Origin: Malacoraja senta | Lineage: Eukaryota | Direction of reading: 5' to 3' | DNA length: 64,000 nt | NCBI GenBank assembly: GCA_038087875.1 | Contig: CM075988.1 | Span: forward strand, 12,464,001 to 12,528,000 | Part shown: in pieces, positions 13,180 through 25,896 of the stretch | How the letters are laid out: each line of letters starts with the position of its first letter | How positions within the stretch are numbered: position 1 is the first letter of the stretch | Notes under the pieces: generated by a model | Databases searched by the model: none | Told to the model about the DNA's origin: nothing | What the model saw: only the letters and a program-made list of their open reading frames with translations | Position numbers and translations under genes: made by a program

Positions 13180-13633
13180 CCAAGAGTTGTGGACGTAGCC
13201 CAGACCATCACACAAACCAACCACCCTTCCATTGACTCCATCTGCACTTCATGCTGCCTCAGAAAGGCCACTAAAACAATTAAGGACCAGTCTCACTGCA
13301 GTCACCCCCTCTTCTCCACTCTCTGATCAGGCAAGAGGTAAAGAAGTTTGAAAATGCATACCTCCAAATTCAGGGGCAGTTTCTTCCCAGCTGATATCAG
13401 GCAACTGAACAATCCTCTCGCCGGCTAGAGTGCAGCTGATCTTCCACATACATGATTGGAGGCCTTTGAACTATCTTTAATAGGACTTCATCTTGCTCTA
13501 GATGTTGTACCCTTTATCTGTGCACTGTGAACAGCTTGACTGTATGCCTGCATAGTTTTTTTTCTTTGACTGAATAGCACACAAAAGCTTTTCACTGCAC
13601 CTTGGCATATGTGACAGTAATGAACTAAATTAA
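13180..13633 (+). mobile_element. Rex1/Babar-type LINE 3' fragment
   Basis: Decayed AQTITQTNHPSIDSI...IKDQSH..HPLF coding remnant. The 3' UTR ends aaaagcttttcactgcaccttgg..atgtgaca..aactaaa. Confidence 0.7.
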
Positions 13634-15142
13634 ACCTTCTTGACATTCTTGAAATATTTCTCTGTTGCCATCTGAGGTACTGTTAATCATAGAAATGACA
13701 GAAGGCGAATAATAGGGAATTGTGCGATGGCGGCCACAAGCCTTCGAAATCCTTTTTGCAGCAAGAATGCCCTCTTGCTGATGTCGCACCTCATTTTCTG
13801 CTGTCAGGGTTCTTCAGCAAAAGGCCTGAGCTGAGGGGAAGCCTTGCAGTCACTATTTAGGGACATTTTCTGAGTATGTGCGATTCCTTTAATAACAATG
13901 TCTTTGTGGTTCAGTGGGTCTGCCTCCCACCGTCACTAGATTTCCCTCCTGGGTTCTTTGCTTATGGCAGTAGTGCCAGTAGGAGCCCACATTAATGATC
14001 TTGGCTGGGGACAGTGGGCTGGATTCAGGAACATCTCATTACTAACAGCAAAGCTATCAGAGAGTTTTACACCCATTAATTATTAAGTGAAAGCCATGGA
14101 AGTCTGAGATCTATCTACAATAACACCGGAAAAGAAGTATCAAGATAGACAGAGCTACAGTATATTCACACTGCTTCAAAAGTGCAGCATTTCCACTTTG
14201 TGTGCCTGCAGGGGGCCAGTTAAATTGCCTGCACCCACATCACAGAAAAGGCACATTTTAATTTGTCAGATGCTGTGTCCGTTTTTTTAATTGAACTTAT
14301 GACTTTGTGTCTCTCCTTTTTGGTGAAGAACTGAAGTGTGATTTTTCCTTAGTATCTTCACACTGGCCCATGGGAGCAGCTCTTGAACTGGTTATTTTTT
14401 TTGTTCTAATATTCCTTTTTATGAATAATTTTGTAGCTGAGAGATTGAAAGAGAAAACACAGGTTACCCACAGCAGACACTAAAAGGTGCAGTGCAGTGA
14501 TTTCAGGATACCTGTCTTTTCAAAATGCAGCCTGGAACCTCTTTAGACCTCGCAGAAGGTATCTGGGAGAATGCCTCCCTGTGACCTGACAATCTTCCTT
14601 TGTTGTGTACTTCTAAAATCAAACCCCTTCTTCCTCAAGTGAGCGTTAATAAAATAAGCCTCTTGGGTCCGTGTTACCAGTTTGCCTGACAGCACGTTGT
14701 TCTGTATTTACACTCTTCCAGAATAGGAGCTCGGATCACACAGCTTCTGGTAAAAAAAGGTACTGTTAGCTTTGCAGAATAAATTGGATATTGATTTTGT
14801 GGAAAGCTAAAGAGACAGGATCCATTTAACTCTTTATGATCGTTTCATACAATTTCAGAAAACAGCAAACCTGTTCTTTGCTGCACTTTAAAAATAAGAT
14901 GCAATGAACCTTTAGTGTTGACTTTTATCCTATTTGATTCGCACATCTTCAAAAAGCATTCCTGCTCCATGATGGAGAGAGAATATTTTGAAAAGCTGAA
15001 GGTGCTTGATGTGACAAGTTAATTTGCTGTGGAGAATGGTGCACAAAAATAATGGCTGGCACTCAGAGACATTTAAAGTCCGCATCTTGCACATAGGGGA
15101 TTTAACTGTGTGCCCAGCGAATTAGCTACTGGGGGTGAAAGG

Positions 15143-15462
15143 AATGGCACAGTGGCACAGCTGGTCAAACTGCTGCCACACAGCACCGAAGGCCCAGGTT
15201 CGATCCTGACCTCGGGTGTTGTCTGTGTGGAGATCACATGTTCTCCCTGTCACTGCTTGGTTTTTCTCTGAATCCTCTGGCTTCTGCCGAAATCCCAAAG
15301 ACGTGTGGATTTGTAGCTTAATTGCCCCCCATGTAAATTGCTCTTCATTTGTCAGCAGTCAATGCGAAAGTGTAATATAGTAGAACCAGTGTGAATGGGT
15401 GATTAATGGTCAGTGTGGGCTCAGAGGGCCCATCGATGCTGCATCACTAAATTAAAACTAAA
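15143..15462 (+). mobile_element. tRNA-derived SINE, older copy
   Basis: tggcacagctgg A box, ggttcgatcc B box, (ctaaa)-like tail. Confidence 0.75.
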
Positions 15463-15532
15463 TAAAAGAAGTACCCAAAGCACTGTACTGATGAAGGGTA
15501 GGAAAGTTATCTTGGGGGTTCTTATGACACAA

Positions 15533-15980
15533 GAACATAAACGCTAGGCCATTCAGCCCCTGGAGACTTCTCCACCATCCAATAGGATAATGGCTGATCT
15601 GACATTCCTGGTCAGCCCTTTTTCCCTTTCCTAATTCTCCTTGATTTGATGACCGATTAAAAACTGGTGTACCTCACATTTAAACTTAAACAAGAATGCT
15701 TCCCCGCATCATTCTATGCCAAGGAGTTCCAACCATCTTGAAATAAATTCTGGGGCCATTTCCTTTGGTACTGGACTACCAGAGAGAAACATCTCACACT
15801 CTAAGAATCTTGTATGTTTTAATGAGATACCTCATTTTTCCCAACTCAAATGAATGGAGTCCTGCCTTTTTTAACCATTGCTCGAAAGACGATACCTTCA
15901 TACCTGGGATCATCCTCGTGAAACTTCGATGAAATGTCTGCATTTAAATAATATCTTACCTTCAATAGGGGTACCAAAAT
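15533..15980 (-). mobile_element. Degenerate CR1 3' fragment
   Basis: aggccattcagccc...atggctgatct 3' UTR motif followed by decayed ORF2 end. Confidence 0.55.
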
Positions 15981-16214
15981 ATTTTACTACTCCACATGCA
16001 ACCTAAGCATAGACAAAGAATAATAATGACAAATTAGAAGCTTCCACATAGATTTATATATTGAGTCTGAAGAAAGGTCCTGGCCCAAAACATCACCTAT
16101 CCATGTTCTCCAGAGATGCTGCTTGACCCATTGCACCATCGCATTGATCCATTCTTGCACTTGGTAGTCTCTGCAAGATTCCAGCATCTGCTGTTCCTTG
16201 TCTCTGGATTTATA

Positions 16215-17088
16215 AATTCTTTGACCTGGCTGGCTCTCTCCAACTGGCCAGTAGATTGTGGATGGAACCCAGATGAGAGGGTGGCAGAGGTGCCAACCAG
16301 GGAGCAGAAAGCCTTACAAATTTGTGAGGTGAACTACGGATCCCTGTCAGAGAGGATGTCTCGAGGAAACCATGGAGTCTGATGACTTGGTTAGCGATGA
16401 GGTGAGCGAGTTCTACAGCAGGGAGTTCTGGGAGCTTAGGAAGAGGAAGGAAATGAGCAGCTTTGGAGAAACGGCCCACAATGGTAAGAATAACCGTATT
16501 ACCCTTGGACAGAGGCAAGCCAGTGATGAAGTCCAGGGCAATGAAATTTCCAGGACCTCCACAGTAGAGACAACGCCTCTCCCGTATGTGTCCCTGGCGT
16601 TCGGCCTCGCTCAGCTTGGTGCGGCCAATCTGCATAGGCTCCTCCACCACTGGATGAGGACCGGGATGCGTGGGGCTTTTTCTTCCCGAGGGAAGTGAGA
16701 CAATCAGCTCACTGTGACGAGAGGAGTGTGATGGGTACAGACACTGTTTGAGAGCTGCTGATAGCTTGTCTCGCTTTCACTCTCGTAACCGGTTATCTAT
16801 CCGGATGGTTAAATCAATCAGCGTGCCCAGATGATTGATTTAACAGTCTGCTAGCTCACCGAAAAGTACTCAAGAAAACCCAAAATCCAGACGCGAATGG
16901 AACGGTCAGAACGGCTATCGAACTGACAGAATGCAGAACTGATTAGTCAGCAGCAAATTGGTGATGATCTCAGGTATTTATACCAAGTGATAGATTAGAG
17001 GAGAAGATTAAATGCAGGTAACTCTAAATAGCTCAGGGAAGGAGTGTGGAAAGAGGCTCAAGTGTCTGGAGGTGTGGGAAGTGTGACA
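16215..17088 (-). mobile_element. Gypsy/Metaviridae (sushi/chromovirus-like) LTR retrotransposon relic: probable 5' LTR, gag end fused to integrase core
   Basis: ORF 16210-16650 reads [25 protein letters not shown] (gag knuckle), then [31 protein letters not shown] (integrase). After a frameshift it continues [23 protein letters not shown]. The minus strand begins TGTCAC at 17088, a plausible LTR start. Confidence 0.85.
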
Positions 17089-17904
17089 TTAAATCTCTTT
17101 TTGGGGGTGAGAAGGATGTATAACAAGTGTTCAATGCACATTCTTTACTTTTGCTCCATCTTTATTAAACCTTAAAAATATTAAGTTCATGCCTTGTGCT
17201 TCTTTCGTTGATTCTTGATCATGACTACCTGATCTGCTGACTATTCTTGCATGAACCATCATGTTGTATGATCAGAGGGAAATTAATCTCATTCCCTGAA
17301 CTCGGTTCTTCTAATTGGTGGTGTGCAGAATCAGACAAAAAAAAATCCTTTCTTTCCTCATCTCTGTCAGTAAGAGATTGAAATTTATTTTATGGATTTT
17401 TTTTCTGGTTTATCTTGCTGTGCAGGAGGGTTTAAAATTTTTTTTGATTTTTCTTTGCAGTTTGTTGTATTATTTGATTTATCCTTATTTGCCTATTATT
17501 TGCTGGTTGCTAAAATTCTCCCTAATTCCTTGGCTTCCTATTCTTTTTGCCAACATCTTTGACCTCTTCTTTTCACCTATTATGATTCTTAATTGTTTTT
17601 GGTCCTGACAGATCACATTTAGTCTATGACCTTTTCGATCATAATTGCATATATCTCAGACAATTCAGAAATGTTTAATGTTTGCAATTGCAAATCAACT
17701 GACATGCCCTTTAATCTAATTTCCTAGTCTATCTTCGATGATTCATTTCCCGTGCTCAAGTACTTGGCTTTATTTAATGTCAAGACTCTATTTCCAATTT
17801 AAGTATATAATTCTGAAGAGGTTAATAAATAATCTCCTCCAATAACATGACAAGATTTTATAGTCCTGAGCTTAACTGCTTATTATACTTAACTTCATTT
17901 ATCG

Positions 17905-18720
17905 TGAAGGAAGGAACTGCAGATGCTGGTTTACACCAAAAATAGAACGGGACAGGCAGCATCTCTAAATAGAAGGAATGGGTGATGTTTTGGGTCGAGA
18001 CCCTTCTTCAGACTGAGAGTCAGGGGAGCGGGGGAGACAGAGATAAGGAAGTGTAGGGTGGGAAAATGAGACATCAAAGGGGATGAGTGTACAAGGAAAA
18101 TGTAGAATGGATCATTGTTAGCTAGGAGAAGGTGGAAAAGAAGCATACAAAGATAAAATTTAATCAAATGGACAGTCAGACTGTTCGGACAACTAGGCAG
18201 CACGTTGGATGGAGAGACGGGGAAAGTTAGCGAAGTCAATATTCATACTGCTGGGGTGTAAGCTGCCCAAGCGAAATATGATGTGCTGTTCCTCTAATTT
18301 GCGCTGGGCCTCAATCTGACAGAGGAGGAGGCCCAGGACAGAAATGTCAATATGGGAATAAGAGGGAATGGGAGGGGGAGCAACCGGGAGATCAGGTAGG
18401 TATAGGCAGACTGAGCTGAGGTGTTCAGCGAAAAAATCGCTGAGCTTGCGCTTGGTCTCGCTTATATATAGGAGTCCACACCTGGAACAGCGGATACAGT
18501 AGATGAAGTTGGAAGAGGAGCAAGTGAACCTCTGTCTCACCTGAAAAGACTGTCAGGGTCCTTGGACGAAGTTGAGGGAGGAGGTATAGGGACAGGTGTT
18601 GCGTCTCCTGCGGTTGCAGGGGAAAGTACCTGGGGAGGGGGTAGTTTGGGTGGGAAGGGACGAGTTAACCAGGGAGTTGCGGAGGAAATGGTCTCTGCAG
18701 ATAGTAGAAAGGGGGATAGG
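17905..18720 (-). mobile_element. Penelope-like element 3' portion (GIY-YIG domain and terminal repeat)
   Basis: ORF 18193-18540 contains NFIYCIRCSRCGLLYISETKRKL..FAEH. The terminal repeat has a mutated hammerhead-like core at ~17985-18012. Confidence 0.9.
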
Positions 18721-19049
18721 ATGGAGTTGAGGTATGTTAATATATGGTTCTGGAAAATTATTTCAACTATTGTCTTTGAATAATTCACCTTCCAATGCTA
18801 TTTGGAGTGTTTATCATTTGAGAGACTTTAAAAATTGTTTTGATCTTTTGGGCATGAGGGCAGTAAATAGTAAGATTTAGAGAAATCCACAAAATAGATG
18901 TTAGATTAATTAGTTAGAAATTAGTTGCTACAATCACAATATGAGAGGAAAACTTGTTTTAATGTGGTCCTATAGAGTCATATAGCACAAAAACAGTGAC
19001 GTTTTGGGTCGAGAACAGTCTTCAGACCCTGTCTGTGCTGCCTTTTAGT

Positions 19050-19530
19050 TCTGCAGCTACTTTCTGCCTTCACCTTGGGTGTGGCCACCTCACTATAGCC
19101 CCTGTGAAGCTCGCAGTCTCCTGGCTGATGCTGCAGATGACCAACCCTAGCTCCAGTTCCCTCATATGGTCAGTCAGAAATTGCAGATGGGTGCAATTCC
19201 TACAAGTGTAGTCCTCAGGAATACTGGAAGTTTCCCTGACTTCCCACATTCTGCAGGAGGAGCATACCACTGCGCTAATTGTTATGCCATCCCAACCACA
19301 CGTGGACTAAAGAAGAACAAATTATAAAAGGTTTTTGCCTTATCTTGCCCACACCCTCTGCTCAGCCCGCTGGCCACAGCCTCTCGAGCCAAAGCATTAA
19401 CACTGACCCTCTAAACACCATCCACTGTACCTCAAGGCACAGCCTCTCCAAATTGGTCACTTCTTCTTATTGGCTGCAGTGTCCCTCAATGAGCCAAAAA
19501 ACAGTGCTCTGTTAAACCTTCCTTCTTTCC
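19050..19530 (-). mobile_element. CR1 5' fragment (probable 5' UTR and ORF1 N-terminal zinc finger)
   Basis: ORF 19070-19270, VCSSCRMWEVRETSSIPEDYTCRNCTHLQFLTDHMRELEL, parallels the ORF1 start at 42707-43042. Confidence 0.7.
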
Positions 19531-20917
19531 TGCTCTGTTTCCTGGAAGGAAGACCACTAGATAATTATTTTGTACAGCTTTTGAATTATTTGCAATTACT
19601 CATTAAACACAAATATAGTAACACATTAAAAAGGAAATAAAATGCTTATTTTAGTGCTAAGCAAGTTTGGATATGAATCCAAAGACATGAAATATTTAAA
19701 AATGATTGAAAACTCCACCAAATTGCTTTCTTTGAGGAGAGATTTAGCATTTAGTAGCATATTTTACAAATGACTTGATGGAAAGCTATTGGAGGTGAGG
19801 TGGAACACAACCTTTTAAAATAAATATGAATTTGGCCACAACCTGTAGATGAATCAATGATAATCTCGGGAGGGATATTATATCGTAATTAACTTGACCA
19901 AGAGAACTGGAGTTCTTTGTACCAAGTAATTGGCATAATACGATGGTGTAGTTCATTAGAACATAATGTACTGTACCTTGTAGGCTAATTACTTAAGAAC
20001 TGATTTGCCAAATTAAGTCATTCTATGTACCAAATTTCCTCTCAAGATGTGGTTTTTATGTTTTAGCCACCAATAATGTCAATAATATTTTTATTTAAAT
20101 GTTCCTAATTTTTTATATTTAATATATTTGTATGTTCCTAGTTTTAAACATCATAACTTGCTCGGACGTGAACTCCTTGCAGATGTAACATTAAAACAAA
20201 TATTTTCACTGCTTAGATCTAAGGTTGTAAAAAATACATTGCTCGCAATGTCCCATCATTGCAGTGAGAGGGAAGTTTTGTCAATTTGCCAAACATTTTT
20301 TTTCTCTCTCTGCAAGAATTGGGCACTAGCACAGAGGTTGAAACCTTTACCACTGCAGGCTGCTGATCTAAGCTATCAATCATGGAGTCATTGAGTACCA
20401 GCTGAATAATGCTGTGTGCCAAACTGGCGCTGATTACTCCATGTCTAACGAGCTGGGATTGTCACTACCAAAGGATCCTGGTTGTGTCACTGCAGTTTTA
20501 TTACTGAGTTTGTGACTGATATCAGTTGAATGCAAGTCCCCCCCCGTCCCCGTTCCCCCCCCCCCCCCCCCCCCCGACAGAAATAACAAATTTATGATTC
20601 TGATAGGTTGTGTTATTTGAAAGTTTCAGGCATTTTCTCGATTTGGTAACATTATCCTGATGATAATGTTCGTATTCTCAATACCCATGGTAGAAAGTGG
20701 CCATTATAGACCTGAAGGAGAAGCGAGAGTGAGGATTAAAACACCAAGTAAACATGAGTAGATTCATAGAGATTTGACGAACAATGGGTCAAGAACTCTT
20801 TGGGGTGGATGAATTGCAAAGTATTGAGCTTGTAATTTATCCGTGTCCTACTTTCATAATGAAACTTTGCCATCTTAAAGCGCGTTTAAACAATTGCTGC
20901 AAAACAACTGTCGTTAA

Positions 20918-21145
20918 GTAGAGACACAAGGAACTGCAGATGCTGGAATCTAGAGCAAAAACCAGAGTGCTGGTGGAACTCAGAGGGTCAAGCAGCATCT
21001 GTGGAGGAAATGCACAAGACATGTTTTGGTCAGGACCCTTCTTCAGGTGGAAGCCTGGAGAAGGGTCCCAACCAAAAATGGTGCCTATCTATTCCCACCA
21101 CTGACACAGCCTCACCCACTGAGTTACCCCAGCACTTTGTGTTTT
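20918..21145. mobile_element. Fold-back Penelope terminal-repeat derivative
   Basis: ggaactgcagatgctgg...ggacccttcttcagg-tggaag-cctggagaagggtcc...gagttaccccagcactttgtg; arms are inverted. Confidence 0.72.
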
Positions 21146-21440
21146 ATTGATAAATTATAGACATGGTGAAGACCTGCTATGCATGAAAGGACAAACACTG
21201 GAGGTAACAAGATGAACGAGTTGCCCGTTAGAATGATGTTAAATGAAGGAGTGTTGGTCAGAGAACAGAAAAAAATCAGCACTGATTTCTCATTATTTCC
21301 GGAAGATTTGTATCTGCAAGGCATAGCTTTAAAGTCTCACCTGAAAGATGGCGTGTTTTACAAATGAACATTTCTACTTCACTGACCTGTAATTTAGTTT
21401 ATCAAAATCATTACTCTTGAGTCTTCATGTTTGATTTCTT

Positions 21441-21695
21441 CATAGAGTCTTATAGTGTGGAAACAGGCCCTTCGGCCCAACTTGCCCACACTGGCCAACA
21501 TGTACCACCTATATTAGTTCCACCTGCCTGTGTTTAGCCCAAATCCCTCTAAACCTGTTCTATCCATGTACCTGTCCAAATGTTTCTTAAACATTTTGAT
21601 AGTACCTGCCTCAACTCCGGCAGTTTGTTCCATACGCCCACCACCCTTTGTGTGAAAATGTTACTCCTTGGGTTCCTATTAAATCTTATCCCTCA
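21441..21695 (-). mobile_element. CR1 3' fragment
   Basis: Similar to 287-545. Confidence 0.82.
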
Positions 21696-22277
21696 CCACA
21701 TCTCGCCCCCCCCCCTCGCCTTATCTTTCCCCCCTCACCTTACTCATTTTGCCTCCCCTCCTCATTTTGCAAAGTGAGTAAACGGGAAGCAAGCTCTCTC
21801 ATAGGTAGTCTAATCAATTTATTGTTTTCCCAAATATATTAGGCTTCAATACAGTCTTTAAATTCATCTGCTTTAGTGCACCAAGATGCTTGTAAATAAG
21901 GTAAAACAGTGGAAAGGTTGAATGTCTGTGGCCTGTTTTGAGGGTGTGTTCAAATGGGGAAAGAATTGAACATGTCAATCGATTTTCTTCTGGAGCTGAA
22001 CGAAAGGAGTATGTTCTTAATGCACTTGGAGAGTGCAGGCGCGATCAATTGATTCAAGTATCCAGTTCATGTCTGGATTCAAAATATATTGTCTGCAGTT
22101 CTTTATAGTAATTATCCTTCTTATCTTTCTTTTTGATTGCTTATGTCCTCCATTCTCAGAGAATGAATGTGAAATACAGCTGAATGTAGTCAGTATGTTC
22201 CTGAAACAGTCATGTTTCTGATAATTCAGGTGGATTTATGCTACATTTTAACATTTGCATGCAATGTACCCTACAAT

Positions 22278-22541
22278 GCATATTTATCAGGCAACTGCAT
22301 CAATCCCACCACAACCAGAGAGCAGTGCTAATACCTATCTACCTCTTTGATGATCCTCGGACTATCCTTGATCGGACTTTGCTGGCGTTACCTTGCACTA
22401 AACGTTATTCCCTTATCATGTATCCATACACTGTAAATGGATCGATTGTAATCACGTATTACCTTTCTGCTGTCTGGTTAGCATGCAACAAAAGCTTTTC
22501 ACTGTACCTCGGTACACGTGACAATAAACTAAACTGAACTG
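22278..22541 (+). mobile_element. Rex1/Babar-type LINE 3' UTR
   Basis: atcaggcaactg...aaaagcttttcactgtacctcggtacacgtgacaataaactaaactgaactg; same family as 13180-13633 and 47108-47415. Confidence 0.7.
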
Positions 22542-23191
22542 ATTTCAAGTATAAATGTACCTTTTTAATTTTAATCCAATTTCTCAATGTTTCCTCCTTC
22601 GCCAATACTACACAATAATTTGCCAAGACTAGAGCACAGATTACTTTTGGAAATATCTACTTTATTGCTATTGCATTGGAAGCATGTTGATTGAAATACC
22701 TTGCCTTTTGATAATTCATCTTCATGTAAATCAAATCAGTTGAGCTGTTTACTGGGCCCTGGCTTTTATCCTCTATGCTGCTATAATTTAATTGTATGCC
22801 ACATAACAGTGCTTCTTGCAATAAATTGCTGTAATGTTTCCAATTTCTCTCATCGTTTTGTGCTTGTTTCTTGTTTTTTTTTTAAGTTATGGAGTACGCA
22901 TGCTCCACTTAAACAGGGGAAAAAGTGTCAGAATCCAATTTAAATTGAAGAGGGCCGACAGAGAACTCTCGTGATCAACTGAAGAAAGATCTGACAAAAT
23001 AAGCATTAGCAAGGCATAAGGAAAACTAACAGATGATATAACGATAAAAAAATCACAACACTTCACGAGTAATGATAATATGCATAATAGTCAGATGCAT
23101 AAAATACAATTATCAAAATCCTTTCCCAAGAGAAGACAATTATCGGTTTGTAGATTGTTGTGGTGTGCACAAAGTGGCTGATAGTTGATTA

Positions 23192-23533
23192 TGGGCCTGT
23201 CCCACTTATGTGACTTTTTCGGCGACTGCCGGCACCCGTCATAGGTCGTTGCAGGTCGTCGAAAATGTTTCAACATGTTGAAAATCCAGCAGCGACCAGA
23301 ACAAGGTACGACACTTTGGGCGACTAGTCATGACCATACAGGCTTCACCCCACGACATGCCGCCGGCATATCGCCTTTATGGTCATGAGTAGTCTCCTCA
23401 GTTGCCCAAAGTGCCGTAGCGTCTTTCTGGTCGCCGCTGGATTTTCAACACGTTGAAAATTTTCGGCGACCTGCGACGACCTATGACGGGTGCCGGCAGT
23501 CGCCGTAAAAGTCGCATAAGTGGGACAGGCCCA
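23192..23533. mobile_element. PIF/Harbinger-like MITE (almost entirely palindromic)
   Basis: TIR TGGGCCTGTCCCACTTATG / CATAAGTGGGACAGGCCCA. The arms stay complementary for ~150 bp. Flanks are TTA and TAA. Confidence 0.88.
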
Positions 23534-23840
23534 TAATTCTCTGCATGGGGCATTACTGTGCCAGAGAAGATAAGCCCTGGAGTGGTGAACGATAGGATGA
23601 ATGATGTAATGGTTAACAACTTTGCATTCAGGTAAATTATTTCTGGTATGGTGAGGTAAGGCCACTACTGATGCATCTGAAGAAGTGTTTTAAGTATATG
23701 ACAAAGGTTAAAATGACTGTAGGATATTATTTAACAGTGCCCAGTCAAGTAACCTTTTAAAAAAAAAAATGATGATTTACAAGCCTAACTTCTGTGGTTG
23801 CGGACATTTAAGACCTTTTCCAGCTTTTTAAGAAAATTAA

Positions 23841-24409
23841 AGGGCCTGTCCCACTTAGTAGACTTTTTAGGCAAGTGCAGGAGACTGCGCTCGCCACATG
23901 ATCGTCACATGTTCGCTGGTGGTCTCTGGTGAGTTTCCTTCATGGTCGCGAGAAGTGGCCTCAGTATGGTCGCCGCAAATTTTTAAACATGTTGGAAAAA
24001 ATCGATACTTTTGTAGTCGTAGGTGCAGTTGTAGTGGGGTCGCCATGTCGTTGTAGGTAGTCGAGCTAGTCGTTGGTAGTTTAGTTAATCACTTTTGCTG
24101 ACCGGGTATTTTCATTGGCTCATGGGGGGAAAAAAACGTAAGCACGAGTTTTCAGAGCCAAGGAGAACCGACCGGTAATGTTAAATGCCCGCCAAACTTC
24201 AAGGCTGTGTATCTCTGGCTTATTAAATGGTGTCTGGCTTCTTAAAAGTGTCTCCACCCCTTCTCCCCCCTCTTTTAAAGGACTTACCGTATGCTGTGTT
24301 GCCATCTTAACCTTCCTGTTCATCGCAGTGTGTGTCTGTATCACCTTGACTTTGCACCTTGTGAATTTCAGACAGTGCTTCGCCACTTTCCCTGGCCCCC
24401 GCCTTTGCG

Positions 24410-24450
<41 letters not shown>

Positions 24451-24545
24451 CCACACTGACAGTCACGTTCCAGTTCACGGTTTTACAGGCGAACATGACA
24501 CTCGCTGGCAGTCCGCTGAAAAATCACCTAAGTGGGACAGGCCCT
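23841..24545. mobile_element. PIF/Harbinger-like non-autonomous DNA transposon, ~700 bp
   Basis: TAA|AGGGCCTGTCCCACTTAG ... CTAAGTGGGACAGGCCCT. It is the reverse-complement paralog of 61666-62431 and contains (TG)19. Confidence 0.88.
24411..24448. repeat. (TG)19 microsatellite inside a MITE
   Basis: Read directly from the sequence. Confidence 0.95.
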
Positions 24546-24861
24546 AAATGCTCCCAATATATCTAGAAAATAAACCCAGCCAGCATGTAACAGAATAGGT
24601 AAATATGAATTATTTTAGGATGAAGCCGACATGATAATTGGGGGAGTGCACTGGTTTCACTGTGTTCTGTTAAGAAGAATGTTTTGCAAGATCTGCACAG
24701 GCGATTACTGGAGAATGAAATTTTTATCATAATTGAAACTTACCAAACTACGTTCAGAGTAGGATGATTGGAGACAGAGAATGGAATTTGTTCTCATTGT
24801 GATTGGAAAATGTCTGTTAGGTTACTGATGTTCATCTAATATATCAGTGATTTGCATACAA

Positions 24862-25195
24862 GGCCATAAGTGGTAGGAGCAGAATTAGACCATTCGGCCC
24901 ATCAAGTCTACTCTACCATTCAATCTTGGCCGATCTATCTCTCCCTCCTAACCACATTCTCCTGCCTTTTCCCATAACCCCTGACAACCGTACTAATCAA
25001 GAATCTATCTCTGCCTTAAAAATATCCATTGACTTGGCCTCCACAGCTTTCTGTGGCAAAGAATTCCACAGATTGACCACCCTCTGACTAAAGAAATTTC
25101 TTCTCATCTCCTTCCTAAAGGAACAACCTTTAATTCTGAGGCTATGACCTCTAGTCCTATACCCTCCCACTAGTGGGAACATCCTCTCCACATCC
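24862..25195 (-). mobile_element. CR1 3' fragment (second subfamily)
   Basis: ORF 24997-25227: DVERMFPLVG..RTRGHSLRIKG..RRNFFSQRVVNLWNSLP. Confidence 0.88.
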
Positions 25196-25339
25196 TCAAG
25201 CTTAGATTCAGTGCCATCAATCTTCATAACTACATCAGACTGAAGGATGTAGATAACTCTTCAGACGTTCAAAGCAAACAGAAAATAGTAAAATGTTATA
25301 GGAGGGTTAGGTGCAATGGAATTTTATTTTATCCTCTGG

Positions 25340-25810
25340 ACAGGATGCAGAAAAGATTTGCCAGATGGTTCCAGGAATGAGGGATTTCAGTGAAAAGATT
25401 AGATTGGAGAGGCTGGGTATTCTCTCCTTTGAGGGAAGAAGTTGAGAGGAGATTTAAATGAGTACAGGAGGATGATTGTTCAGGTGAATTAAATGGCAGG
25501 ACGGTGTTCCCACATAGAGGGACCATGAAACAGGAAACAGAGCAACATTTGTGCATGAGAAAGGGGTTGGATGGATGTGAGGAAACATCTTTTTTTGTGT
25601 AAAGGTGGTTGCAGTTTTCAGTTAATTGAATGTAAGGGTGATGGGGCCAATCTGGGCTTTCAGGGGGAATTGGATAAGTACTTGAGGGGGTTCACATTTT
25701 GGACTATGGTGACAAAGCATGAGAAGGGAACTGATGGGATTTCTGAACTTGGAACTAGTTCTGACCTAGTAGACTAATAGACTCAGTGCCATTACCATTC
25801 TTTGATTCCA
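25340..25810 (+). mobile_element. Degenerate CR1 3' fragment
   Basis: Decayed MQKRFARWFQE...LERLGILSF-like coding remnant. Confidence 0.55.
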
Positions 25811-25896
25811 TGATGTTGCTTTCACAACCTGTGGTTGTTAAAATCAGTTGGGGTTGGACTGGTCTGACAAACCGGCTATAACAGTGTAGTAATAAT

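Noticed and set aside
20538..20575. Poly-C tract (also poly-G near 56465 and 56629) with G-quadruplex potential
   Set aside because: Simple homopolymers of unreliable length; no evidence of function.
23534..23660. Possible cryptic exon ending at GAG|GTAAG
   Set aside because: No convincing acceptor or IgLON-like reading frame; noted only as a boundary coincidence of the duplicated segment.
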